Of a DNA stretch of 64,000 bases, positions 48,258 through 58,836 are shown in pieces. Each line of letters opens with the position of its first letter. The first letter of the stretch is position 1. Both the position numbers and the translations under genes were made by a program. The DNA comes from Leptonemataceae bacterium (GTDB lineage: Bacteria; Spirochaetota; Leptospiria; Leptospirales; Leptonemataceae): the NCBI GenBank assembly GCA_965227295.1, contig OZ245742.1, positions 928,001 through 992,000 of the forward strand, read 5' to 3'. The notes under the pieces are model-generated. The model was given only the letters and a program-made list of their open reading frames with translations, searched no databases and was not told where the DNA came from.

Positions 48258-48585
48258 ACTGGACATAACACATAACCGCCGTGCTTGCACACGGCAATTA
48301 CGAATTTGGACGGCCAAATCGCAGACGATGTTGCGATTTTTCCCCGAATCAGCAAGTGCCCGAGGGCCTTTATTCACACTGCAGCGACGCAAACATGCAA
48401 AAGAATTGGGCACGCCTCAGGGCGGCATGACGTCCGCGAATCTCGTCACGGGAACCTTGGGCAGCGCCTTGCCGAACAATGACTGCATCACTGCTGCGAA
48501 CTAATGTGTTCGGCAGATCAAGAGTCGATAGTCGAGCAGTTTGGGGTGAAAATTGTGAAGTCGGCCGGGTAACGATAACGGGGTT

Positions 48586-48838
48586 TTTTATGCTACGGCT
48601 GAGCGGGAGTTGTGGTATGCCGTTTTGTTAAGAATGCTGCGTTCGACCCGGACGCTGGTTTGCGACTCAGCTACCGCAGCGTTTCTTGCAACGAAGACGC
48701 CGGGGACTTATGCTTTCCGCCGATGCGGAAAGCCGGCGGTTCAGAACTCTCGCTGAAGCGAGAATTCTGCCGGTGCGCCTTACCACATTCCCCGGCATGA
48801 CCTCCGTCCGTTAGCTGGAACCAGCTGTGCCCATAAAA
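48586..48838. ncRNA. Candidate structured RNA or miniature element (unassigned)
   Basis: Several nested complementary segments in a ~640-bp gene-free interval (see findings). Confidence 0.35.
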
Positions 48839-48901
48839 GTCTTAATATACGTTGGCCTTGACTTACACCATGATTCGGGGCGTGCTTGAACCCCGCATAT
48901 C

Positions 48902-50860
48902 TCAAATCAACTCGGGATCGCTGACGACTTCCACCATGGACGGCCCGTTGTACGCGAGCGCCTTTTGAATGGCGTCGTCCAGTTGCGCTGCGTCGGTGAC
49001 ACGAATCCCCAGGCCGCCGCAGTTTTCGGCGTACTGTGCGAAGTTCGGGTTGTGCAGATCAATCTGCCAGGGATCGAAGTGACCGGCGAGTTGCTCTTTG
49101 CGAATCTTCGCAATCATGCTGTTGTTCAGCAAGATGTGCGTGATGTTCATGTTGTACTTGACCGCCGTCAGAAACTCGCCCATGTACTGACCGAAGCCGC
49201 CGTCGCCGGTCACCGCGATAATCGGACGTTTGCCGCCCTTCGGTCCGTTCTCGGCCGCCCAGGCACCCATGGCCGCCGGAAAACCGAAGCCGATGCTGCC
49301 CAGGTACCCGGACATCAGCACGGACTGTTCCGTGCACTCGAAGTACCGGCCGAACGAGTAGGTATTGTTGCCGACGTCCACGGCAATCACCGCGTTCTTC
49401 GGAATCGTACGATTCATGGCGGCGAAGATCGCCGAAGAACTGACGCCCTTGCCACGGTCTTCGCCCAGGCGTTTTTCTTTTTCCGCGCGCCAGATCCTCC
49501 AGCGCTCCGCGACTTCGTTCGTCTGATCCGTAAAGTTCGTTTTGCCGGTGAGTTCGTCCGTAAGCACATCCAGCGTTACGCCGATCTCGCCCCACATGGG
49601 CACGCTCACCGGATGCACCTTGCCGAGCATCATCGCGTCGAAGTCCACCTGGATGATCGGCTTTTTCTTTTCGATGCCGGTGTGATTCGAAAACGAAGCA
49701 CCGAGCACGATCAAACAATCCGACTCGTTCATGAACCAGGATGCGATGGGCGTGCCGCTGCGCCCGAGCACGCCGCAGCCCAGGGGATGTTGATCGCTGA
49801 TGATGCCCTTGCCCTTGAACGTGGTGAGCACAGGAATCTTGAACTTCTCCGCGAACTCGCGCAGCCGGTCACGATGAAAGCGTGCGCCGTGACCCACGAT
49901 AATCACGGGTCGTTTCGATTTCGAAAGCAAATCCACGGCATCGACGACGGAACTCTGCGGCGGCGCAATCTCGCGTCCGGCAACGCGACCTTCCGGACCG
50001 GACGGTTCCGCGCCTTCCGGGGCGGGCAGCACCTGAACTTCGTCGGGAAAGATCAGCGTCGATACGTCGCGCTTGAGAATGGCATTCTTCAACGCCAGGT
50101 TCATAAGTTCCGCGTGTTTCGAGGATTGCAGCACGGTCTGTAACCATTCGGCGACTCCGTCGAACGCGGCCTTAAGATCCACTTCCTGGAACGCGCCGGG
50201 GCCGAGGACCTGCGTATCCACCTGACCGGTCATGGCAAGAATCGGTACGCGATCGACTTTCGCATCCCACAATCCCGTAAGCAAATTCGTGGCGCCCGGC
50301 CCGGCAATCGTAAGACACGCCGCCGGACGTCCCGTTAGCTTTGCGTAGCCCGACGCCGCGAATGCCCCCGCACCCTCGTGACGAATCGTAATGAACTTAA
50401 GCCGGCCCGCTTCTTCTTCGCGACGCAAAGCATCAGCAAGACCGAGACACGAGTGACCCACAAGACCGAAGCAGGTATCGACGCCCCAGTTCGTCATCGT
50501 CCGCGCCATAACGTCGGCCACCGTGGTTACGTGCGCCTGTTCCTCGGCCATGCCGACGTAGAAACCGTCGCTACGTTCTTCGACGGGATACGTTTCGATG
50601 CCGTCATCGTAACCGCCGGGCGGCTTGCCCGTCTGTGGGTCGAAGTCCCAGCCGTGCCAGGGACAACGCAACATGCCGTTCTCGATGGAGCCTTCGCCCA
50701 GCGGACCACCCTGGTGCGGACAGGCGTTGTCCAGGGCGCTGATCTTTCCGTTGCAATGCGTGACGCACACGGTCTTGTGTCCCGCCACGGCCGTCTTCAC
50801 GCGGCCGTCGGGAAGCTCGTCTTTACCGGTGAGGATTTTGTACCATTTTAGTTCTGACAT
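48902..50860 (-). CDS. Rieske [2Fe-2S]-fused ThDP-dependent enzyme (pyruvate oxidase/acetolactate synthase family)
   Basis: CPHQGGPLGEG...CPWHGWDF; RHEGAGAFAA, GPGATN, GDGG...NN ThDP motif. Confidence 0.92.
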   Translation of the reverse strand: MSELKWYKILTGKDELPDGRVKTAVAGHKTVCVTHCNGKISALDNACPHQGGPLGEGSIENGMLRCPWHGWDFDPQTGKPPGGYDDGIETYPVEERSDGFYVGMAEEQAHVTTVADVMARTMTNWGVDTCFGLVGHSCLGLADALRREEEAGRLKFITIRHEGAGAFAASGYAKLTGRPAACLTIAGPGATNLLTGLWDAKVDRVPILAMTGQVDTQVLGPGAFQEVDLKAAFDGVAEWLQTVLQSSKHAELMNLALKNAILKRDVSTLIFPDEVQVLPAPEGAEPSGPEGRVAGREIAPPQSSVVDAVDLLSKSKRPVIIVGHGARFHRDRLREFAEKFKIPVLTTFKGKGIISDQHPLGCGVLGRSGTPIASWFMNESDCLIVLGASFSNHTGIEKKKPIIQVDFDAMMLGKVHPVSVPMWGEIGVTLDVLTDELTGKTNFTDQTNEVAERWRIWRAEKEKRLGEDRGKGVSSSAIFAAMNRTIPKNAVIAVDVGNNTYSFGRYFECTEQSVLMSGYLGSIGFGFPAAMGAWAAENGPKGGKRPIIAVTGDGGFGQYMGEFLTAVKYNMNITHILLNNSMIAKIRKEQLAGHFDPWQIDLHNPNFAQYAENCGGLGIRVTDAAQLDDAIQKALAYNGPSMVEVVSDPELI

Positions 50861-50882
50861 CGTAAGATTCCTTCAGTATCCC

Positions 50883-51336
50883 TTTGCCACAGAGGCACAG
50901 AGGACACGGAGTTTTTTAGATTCTAAAGCGATGAACGCCGTCTTTTAAGAGTGTTGATTTGAAATTGATGATCAGTCCGATGTTATATCCGCCCATGCGC
51001 ATATAGCTCAGGATCTGCGCTTCGAATACTGGTTCCATGCGCTCAACGCTCTTCAGTTCCACAACAACGCGTCCTTCCACGAGAAGATCGAGTCGATACT
51101 CTCCAATTTCCCGGTTCTTGTAAAACACAGGCAGTCGTTTCTGTCGTTCATAGCCGATGCCCCGATCATCCAACTCGATCGCCATCGCTTCTTCATAGGC
51201 CGATTCCAACAACCCGGGCCCGATCGTCCGATGCACTTCAATGGCTGCGCCGATAATCCCGCCGGTTAACCCACTCTCTTCCACATTACCACCCCATCCA
51301 ACACAAACTCTGTGTCCTCTGTGCCTCCGTGGCAAA
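50883..51336. mobile_element. Inverted-repeat-bounded GxxExxY cassette
   Basis: 32-bp inverted repeats at 50883-50914 and 51305-51336 (30/32 match) enclose a single ORF. Confidence 0.65.
50916..51284 (-). CDS. GxxExxY protein (PD-(D/E)xK nuclease-like)
   Basis: GPGLLESAYEEAM; YRLDLLVEGRVVVELK; AQILSYM..G..INF; GTG start after a G-rich RBS. Confidence 0.93.
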   Translation of the reverse strand: MEESGLTGGIIGAAIEVHRTIGPGLLESAYEEAMAIELDDRGIGYERQKRLPVFYKNREIGEYRLDLLVEGRVVVELKSVERMEPVFEAQILSYMRMGGYNIGLIINFKSTLLKDGVHRFRI

Positions 51337-51341
51337 AGTTC

Positions 51342-52955
51342 CTAAAGCGCCGTCACCCCGGCATATTCGATTCCGGTAAGATAAGCCATATCACGATCCA
51401 GCGTAATCAAATCGTCTTTCGTGAATTTGTTCAGATGATCGTGGCCGCAGGCACGGGCCATGACCTGCATCAACTCTACCGTGGCCTCGAAAAAGGTTCT
51501 CAGACGCTCCGCGCTCTGATCGATGATCAGGCGTTTGCGTAACTCCTCTTTCTGCGTCGCGATGCCCACCGGGCAGTTGTTCGTGTGACACGCCCGCATG
51601 CCGAGGCAGCCGATGGCCTGGAGCGCGGCGTTGGAAACAGCGATACCGTCCGCGCCCAGGGCCAGGGCCTTGACGAAGTCCGCCGCGGTCCGCAACCCGC
51701 CGGTAATGATCAACGTCACGTCGCCGCGGCCGAGTTTATCTAAGTGCAACCGGGCGCGAGCTAAGGCGGGGATCGTCGGCACGCTGATGTTGTCTCGAAA
51801 AATGAGCGGCGCCGCACCGGTACCGCCGCCGCGCCCGTCCAGGATAATGTAGTCCGCTCCGGCCTGGAGCGCGAAGTCGATGGTGTCTTCGATGTGATTC
51901 GCCGAAATCTTAAAGCCGATGGGAATGCCCCCGGTATGCTCGCGAATTTCTTCGGCGCAGGCCGCGAAGGCCCCGGGGGAATCGAACTTCTCGAAGCGCG
52001 GCGGCGAGATGGCCGGTGTGCCGGGCTTCAGCTCCCGCACTTCCGCGATGCGGCCCTGGACCTTTTCTCCGGGCAGATGTCCGCCGGTGCCGGTCTTCGC
52101 CCCCTGGCCGGCCTTAAAGTGAAATGCCTGTACATTAGTAAGCTTCTCGATGCTGTAGCCGAACTGCGCCGAGGCCAGTTCGTAAAAGTAGCGCGAGTTG
52201 TTCTCGCGTTCTTCCGGCAGCATCCCGCCTTCGCCCGAACAAATGCCCGTGCCGGCCAGCTCCGCACCTTTCGCGAGGGCGATCTTCGCTTCTTCGGAAA
52301 GCGCGCCGAAGCTCATGTCGGAGACGAACAGGGGTATGGAGAGTTGCAGCGGTCTTTTCGCCCCGGGGCCGATCGTAATTTCCGTACCAACCTGCGCATC
52401 GTCAAAGAGCGGGAGACGATGTAACTGCGCCGTTTGAATCTGGATGTCCTCCCACCTCGGAAGATCCAGACGACTTACACCCATGGCGGAAACCGGGCCG
52501 TGGTGGCCGGTCTTCTGCAGGCCGTGCTTTGCGAGATGTTGAATGTCGTTGTTGTTGTACTCGTCCGGCCCGCCGTGCACATCGGCATACTGACCGAGGT
52601 ATTCCTCGCGATTGTAGGGCTGCGGGTTGTCCCGCTCCCATTCCGCGATTTCGTCCTCGTCGACCAGGACTTCGTCGGCTTCGATCCAGGCCGAAAACAT
52701 CCGGAGACGTTCTTCGTTTTTGTACGCGCTGATGCCGCTTTTGTACTGGTAATCCCAACTGTGCAGACCACAAATGAGATTGTCCCCGTCGATGAAACCG
52801 TCCGCCAGCATGGCGCCCCGATGCAGACAGCGACCGTAGAGCACGGAAACCGCAGCATCGTACTTAATCACAACTAAATCAACATTAGCCACGAGCGCCG
52901 CCGTGGGCTGCAACGTTTCCAGCTCCGAGAATTTTGCTATGGCAGTCTTTCTCAT
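51342..52955 (-). CDS. Rieske-fused FMN-binding glutamate-synthase-like protein (no glutamine amidotransferase domain)
   Basis: RCLHRG...ICGLH Rieske; SDMSFGALS, SGEGG, GQGAKTGTGGHLP, DGRGGGTGA, CLGMRACHTNNCPVG. Confidence 0.92.
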   Translation of the reverse strand: MRKTAIAKFSELETLQPTAALVANVDLVVIKYDAAVSVLYGRCLHRGAMLADGFIDGDNLICGLHSWDYQYKSGISAYKNEERLRMFSAWIEADEVLVDEDEIAEWERDNPQPYNREEYLGQYADVHGGPDEYNNNDIQHLAKHGLQKTGHHGPVSAMGVSRLDLPRWEDIQIQTAQLHRLPLFDDAQVGTEITIGPGAKRPLQLSIPLFVSDMSFGALSEEAKIALAKGAELAGTGICSGEGGMLPEERENNSRYFYELASAQFGYSIEKLTNVQAFHFKAGQGAKTGTGGHLPGEKVQGRIAEVRELKPGTPAISPPRFEKFDSPGAFAACAEEIREHTGGIPIGFKISANHIEDTIDFALQAGADYIILDGRGGGTGAAPLIFRDNISVPTIPALARARLHLDKLGRGDVTLIITGGLRTAADFVKALALGADGIAVSNAALQAIGCLGMRACHTNNCPVGIATQKEELRKRLIIDQSAERLRTFFEATVELMQVMARACGHDHLNKFTKDDLITLDRDMAYLTGIEYAGVTAL

Positions 52956-52969
52956 GAATCCCTCGTAAG

Positions 52970-53818
52970 TTAGCCGATGAGGTCGAGCAAACCGTCCACT
53001 GCGCCTTCCAGAAAACCCCGCGTGCGTTTTTGCTGATCACCGCTGCCGGCAATCTCCTTCGAGGACAGCAACGCCCCGACCCAGCCGTCGGTATTCCAGC
53101 GTCCGGCCGGTAGCTCCGGCAATGTATCTTTGTCCGGATACGGCCAGGGCGTAACGTACCAGTACGGTACCGGGGTGCCACCGTCCCCCGGCGAAACACC
53201 GGCGCCGACGCTCACGCCGTCTTCGCCGCCGGGCTCCGAGGGTTTCTTTACGGTAATCAGCGTGGCAAGATCGAAGTGATGCGGCCACAGCTTGATGGGC
53301 GACGCCCCGCTATGCTTCGCGGCGATGTCTTTTAATAGAAGAAACGTATTCGAAAAGTACAGACTCACCGCCTGCATGTTCTCGGCCTGGCCGGGATCAA
53401 AGCGCGCGCCGTTTCCCAGGGGATGGCCGGGAAAATCCCCGTACTCCGACGCTTTGAACTCCGCTGTGTCCACGCCGTGTTTCGTGAGGGCGTCCTTCAT
53501 CCACTGCATGCCGTCGTCCAGGCTGCGATCGAATAGGGAAATCTTTTCGAGCGGGACACCGCCGTCCGCGATCAAGGCGAGCGTAAGCCCTTCGAAAATC
53601 AACGCCGCGCGCAGGCCCTTGTGATTTTCGAAGGGCATCCCCGTAAGAGCATGCAGGGCAGGATCGTACTCCAGCGACATTTGACTGTAGTCCGCCTGGT
53701 TCGGCAAAAGCGAATCGCCGGCGGACCCCACGGGCTGAACGGCGTAGTGAAGCTGAAGACGAGCTTCGACAAGGCGCTCGGGATCGTTTTGGAAATCGTT
53801 CCAGGTCTGATGGTTCAT
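52970..53818 (-). CDS. Hypothetical protein (DUF5996-like)
   Basis: RLQLH.AVQ, SPIKLWPHHFDLA, GVSPGD...PYWYV.PWP. Confidence 0.65.
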   Translation of the reverse strand: MNHQTWNDFQNDPERLVEARLQLHYAVQPVGSAGDSLLPNQADYSQMSLEYDPALHALTGMPFENHKGLRAALIFEGLTLALIADGGVPLEKISLFDRSLDDGMQWMKDALTKHGVDTAEFKASEYGDFPGHPLGNGARFDPGQAENMQAVSLYFSNTFLLLKDIAAKHSGASPIKLWPHHFDLATLITVKKPSEPGGEDGVSVGAGVSPGDGGTPVPYWYVTPWPYPDKDTLPELPAGRWNTDGWVGALLSSKEIAGSGDQQKRTRGFLEGAVDGLLDLIG

Positions 53819-53950
53819 ATGCAGAGACGGGATAGGTTTGATTCGGCGTGACGATCTTACAATATTTTCACTGACTTGAGCTGTCTCAGCGAGAAGCGTC
53901 CATACAAATTTTGCTGGCCCGCCACGACAGACGCATGATCCCTGGAATGG

Positions 53951-55159
53951 ATGCGCGGTTGTACTCTGCTCCCGTTCATTCTATTGTTTTCCGCCTGCAT
54001 ATACGGCCACCCCGTTACGGGTCTGCTACCGGACAGCGAGGACGGCTCCGACGATCCCGTTGTCGTACTGGCCCTGGCCGCGGCCGGCCTCACGACCGGC
54101 GGCAACGTTGTCGGCGATACCACGCCGGCGGTTACCGGCCCTGTCGTAGCCTCGACAATGCCCGCCGATGCCTCGACCGGCCAGCGTCTGCTGGGCAGCA
54201 TCTCGGTAACGTTCGGCGAGGCGGTGGATCCTGCGACAGTCACGACCAATACGACGGATACGAACTGTTCGGGAACCTTTCAGGTTTCGGCCGATGCCTT
54301 TGCGACGTGTGTAACAATGTTCGCGTCGCCGTCCACGAGCGACAACACCACGTTCAACACACGCCCGTCCATCGCGCTCACCGAGGGAACGACGTACACA
54401 CTGCGTATCGCCGACGGCGTAACGACAGGCGACGGCCAGTCGGTAACTTCATCTTCGGTAAAGTTTCGCGCGTTCACGCCGCTTGAGGACGTCGGCTCCG
54501 GCAGCATGCGACTCTGGGTTAAGGCGGACGCCGGCGTCTCCACATTCGGCAGCGACGTCAGTCAGTGGGACGATCAATCGGGGCGGGGCAATCATTTCCT
54601 GCCCGTAAGCGCCGGCACGGAACCGACCTTTACGGCCGTGGGAATCGGCGGTAAGCCGGTCGTGACGTTCGGCGGCAGCGACGAGATGGAGAGTCCGTTC
54701 AACGAAAGCGACTTCGACGCGGCCGTATTTTCCCTGTTCGCCGTGGCGGCCAGCTTCAATACCGGAGCAATTTTCGGAAAATCGGACCTGGCCGGTTCCA
54801 CGACGTTCCGGCGCAAACTGGAACTGCACGCAAACTCCTACCGCGCCGGCGACAATGCCGACTCCTTCTCATTGACCGGCGGCATCGTCGGACCGGATCA
54901 AATGATGGCCGTCATCGGCCGCGGCAACTCGGATCACACCTACTCGGTCAACAACGTCACCCTGACGACCGCAACGACGGTGGCCGACAGCGATTTTAAC
55001 AACGGCCTCGCCCGCATCGGCGGCCTGGAAACCAGTGAACGCCTTAGCGGAAACATTGCGGAGATCCTGTTTTACAACAGCCCCCTCTCCGATGCCGAAC
55101 GCGTCGAAGTCGAGTGTTACCTCAGCGACAAATACAGACTGGCGCTCACTAACTGTTAA
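53951..55159 (+). CDS. Surface lipoprotein with Ig-like (Big_5) and LamG/ConA-like domains
   Basis: Lipobox FSAC; PVVASTMPAD...ISVTFGEAVD; LWVKAD...VSQWDDQSG; GNIAEILFYN.PLS..E...VE.YL..KY. Confidence 0.8.
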   Translation: MRGCTLLPFILLFSACIYGHPVTGLLPDSEDGSDDPVVVLALAAAGLTTGGNVVGDTTPAVTGPVVASTMPADASTGQRLLGSISVTFGEAVDPATVTTNTTDTNCSGTFQVSADAFATCVTMFASPSTSDNTTFNTRPSIALTEGTTYTLRIADGVTTGDGQSVTSSSVKFRAFTPLEDVGSGSMRLWVKADAGVSTFGSDVSQWDDQSGRGNHFLPVSAGTEPTFTAVGIGGKPVVTFGGSDEMESPFNESDFDAAVFSLFAVAASFNTGAIFGKSDLAGSTTFRRKLELHANSYRAGDNADSFSLTGGIVGPDQMMAVIGRGNSDHTYSVNNVTLTTATTVADSDFNNGLARIGGLETSERLSGNIAEILFYNSPLSDAERVEVECYLSDKYRLALTNC

Positions 55160-55921
55160 TCACAGCACGGGCAGATTTGTACTGACGGCACCCCAGACGA
55201 TCATGGCCTGGGCGGTATAGTAAGTACCCAGGATCCAGGCACCGGCGACCGGAAGGGGTTTTACGAAACGATTCCACGCCCAGAGAGAATCGGAGACGCA
55301 GAAGAACGCAGCGCCCAGCACGAACCAGGGCAACGACCGCGCGGAAACGGACGGCGGCATGCCGGGATTCGCAATGCGCTCGCCGATCCACAAAGCCCAG
55401 TCCGCGGAAAAAGCCGCGGCGAGCATGGTGCCGATCAGCACGGTGTAAGCGAACGCCAGCGGGAGGCGATGACGTTGCTCGGGCAGAACCTTGCGGCGCA
55501 ACACGGCAGCGTAGATCACGCCGAGGACGGCGATGGGAACGATCGCGATACCGAACAACTCGGGTGTGCCTTCGAGCGCCAGCACCACCGCGTAAACGAT
55601 GTGACCGAGGGCAAAGGCCGTGAAGCCGATCAAAAACGTACGCTTCCACAACAGAAAGACATCGCCGAAAAAACCGGCCACCAACCCGACGAGAATACCC
55701 AGACGCAACGGAACGAGGGCCGGACTCACCGGCTGCGCCGGATGCACCAGGTCCAGCACGAACCAGAGGATCAGCCATACGATAGGCGGGGTCTTCATCC
55801 ACCAGTACACCCGGGGCTCGGAACGCAGATAACGTTCCCGGCTGAACACGGCCACGGCGGACAACCAGATTGTCACGACGGCGTACAGAATCGGCTGATG
55901 AAAGAGTTCCAGATCGGCCAC
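55160..55921 (-). CDS. Lysoplasmalogenase-like YhhN family membrane protein; start uncertain
   Basis: GDVFLL, F..GH..Y, GA.FF.VSD, TYYTAQ. Confidence 0.85.
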   Translation of the reverse strand: MADLELFHQPILYAVVTIWLSAVAVFSRERYLRSEPRVYWWMKTPPIVWLILWFVLDLVHPAQPVSPALVPLRLGILVGLVAGFFGDVFLLWKRTFLIGFTAFALGHIVYAVVLALEGTPELFGIAIVPIAVLGVIYAAVLRRKVLPEQRHRLPLAFAYTVLIGTMLAAAFSADWALWIGERIANPGMPPSVSARSLPWFVLGAAFFCVSDSLWAWNRFVKPLPVAGAWILGTYYTAQAMIVWGAVSTNLPVL

Positions 55922-56068
55922 GCTAAGCAATGCGACATATCCGGGAAGAACATTTGCAGAACCGGGCCCGACGGCTGTTCCCACCCAATACACTTGACAT
56001 ACGGCATAGCGGAACTTTCCTGAGCTTGCCACTCAACGCACACAGGCCATCTAACAGGTATCCACACC

Positions 56069-56500
56069 ATGAAAAGATTCATCAAAAAGATTCTCGTGCC
56101 CATCGACGGTTCGGAAACGGCCAAAAAAGCACTGGAAATCGGTCTGGCCATCGCCCGCTCGGCCGATGCCAGCCTTACGGTCATTGAGGTCGTCGAGGAA
56201 TTCGGCCCCCTTCCCGGTTACTACGAAGCGGCGCCTCCCGGCCGCGATCGTGTGAAGTGGATCTCCGAGCAACGCTTCGAAGCCATCCACCCGGTCCTCG
56301 ACGAATCCTCCGTCAAGTGGGACCGCGTCGTCCGGGAAGGCTACCCCGCCGACACCATTGTCGAATACGCCCGCGAGGGCAGCTACGATATGATCGTCAT
56401 CGGCTCCCGCGGTCTCTCCGCGTTCGGCCGTTTCTTGATGGGATCCGTCTCGGACCGCGTCGTGCATCACGCCCCGTGCAGCGTGACCGTCGTGCGTTAG
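56069..56500 (+). CDS. Universal stress protein (UspA family)
   Basis: [34 protein letters not shown]. Confidence 0.93.
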   Translation: MKRFIKKILVPIDGSETAKKALEIGLAIARSADASLTVIEVVEEFGPLPGYYEAAPPGRDRVKWISEQRFEAIHPVLDESSVKWDRVVREGYPADTIVEYAREGSYDMIVIGSRGLSAFGRFLMGSVSDRVVHHAPCSVTVVR

Positions 56501-56518
56501 TCCCGTCTGTATTAATAG

Positions 56519-57553
<1,035 letters not shown>

Positions 57554-57574
57554 AAATCGGCGCACCTCCTCGTC

Positions 57575-58777
57575 ATGGCCAAACATCTATTCATCGAAAA
57601 CCTGCCGGACCTGCGCGGCAAAAAGGTCGCCGTCCGCGTCGACTACAACGTTCCGCTGAAGAACGGCGACGTCACCGACGCGCGGCGCATCGAGGCGTCG
57701 TTGCCCACCGTGCGTTATCTGCAACAGCAGGGCGCACGCACGTTCCTCATGTCGCACCTGGGTCGACCGAAGGGCCAGGTCAAAGAAGAACTGCGCCTGG
57801 CTCCGGTGGCTGCGAAACTGGGCGAGCTACTGGGCGCAAAGGTCGCTTACGTCCAGGACTGCGTCGGCGACGAAGCGCAGAAGGCCGTCGACGGCTTAAG
57901 TGACGGTGAAGTGTTATTACTGGAGAACGTGCGTTTCCATCCGGGTGAAGAAAAAAACGATCCGGAGCTGGCGAAGGCCCTGGCCCACGGCGCCGACTAC
58001 TTCGTGAACGACGCCTTCGGCACGGCCCACCGCGCCCACGCGTCCACCGAGGGCATTACGCGCTTCGTGCAAAAATCGGCGCACGGGTACATCATCCGCG
58101 ACGAACTGGAGTACCTGGGCGGCAAGCTGGACAATCCGGCGCATCCGTACGTGGCCATCTCCGGCGGCGCAAAAATCTCCGGCAAGATCGACCTCATCGA
58201 AAATCTCCTGCCCCGTGTGGACCAATTGCTTGTCGGCGGCGGCATGACCTACACGTTTCTGAAGGCCCAGGGCTACGAGATCGGCAAGTCCCTGCTCGAA
58301 GAGGATAAGATCGATCTTGCGCGCACTACCATCGAAAAGGCCGGTTCGAAACTCGTGCTGCCGAAAGACTCGGTTATCTCCAATGAGTTCGACTTCGGCA
58401 GCGGCCACGTCGGCGCGTTGCAAACCGTGGCGTCGGCAAACATCCCGGCGGACGCCTACGGTCTGGACATCGGGCCGCAGACCATCGAAGAATTTCGCAA
58501 GATCTTACTCGCCGCGAAAACGATCGTCTGGAACGGCCCCATGGGCGTGTTTGAGATCGAAGCCACGTCAAAGGGTACATTCGCCATTGCCGAGGTTCTG
58601 GCCGAGGCTACCGCGAACGGCGCGGTGACCATCATCGGCGGCGGCGATTCGGCGGCAGCCGTGGAAGCGGCCGGCCTGGCCGATCAGGTCTCGCACGTAT
58701 CCACGGGCGGCGGGGCCACGCTGGAATTTCTGCAGGGCCTGGAACTGCCGGGCGTCGCGGCCCTCAGTCCGGCCTGA
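57575..58777 (+). CDS. pgk: Phosphoglycerate kinase
   Basis: RVDYNVP, SHLGRP, NDAFGTAHRAHAS, WNGPMGVFE, STGGGA. Confidence 0.98.
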   Translation: MAKHLFIENLPDLRGKKVAVRVDYNVPLKNGDVTDARRIEASLPTVRYLQQQGARTFLMSHLGRPKGQVKEELRLAPVAAKLGELLGAKVAYVQDCVGDEAQKAVDGLSDGEVLLLENVRFHPGEEKNDPELAKALAHGADYFVNDAFGTAHRAHASTEGITRFVQKSAHGYIIRDELEYLGGKLDNPAHPYVAISGGAKISGKIDLIENLLPRVDQLLVGGGMTYTFLKAQGYEIGKSLLEEDKIDLARTTIEKAGSKLVLPKDSVISNEFDFGSGHVGALQTVASANIPADAYGLDIGPQTIEEFRKILLAAKTIVWNGPMGVFEIEATSKGTFAIAEVLAEATANGAVTIIGGGDSAAAVEAAGLADQVSHVSTGGGATLEFLQGLELPGVAALSPA

Positions 58778-58836
58778 GCCGGCCTGGGCGCGAAATCGGG
58801 CTGGACAGCCCGTCCGGCTCTGCCTTCATTCGGAAC

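Noticed and set aside
48965-50143. 392-aa plus-strand ORF inside the ThDP enzyme gene (similarly 36821-38041, 15588-16547, 62179-63168)
   Set aside because: Antisense shadows with no recognisable domains.
51285-51335. N-terminal extension MPRRHRGHRV... of the GxxExxY ORF
   Set aside because: This is translation of the inverted repeat. GTG 51284 with its RBS gives a family-typical length.
50883-51336. Possible CRISPR repeats
   Set aside because: Only two copies, in inverted orientation, with no spacer array and no cas genes in the window.
58797-58812. Hairpin CGGGCTG-GA-CAGCCCG after pgk as a terminator
   Set aside because: It has a 2-nt loop as drawn and no U-tract, so it cannot be supported as an intrinsic terminator.
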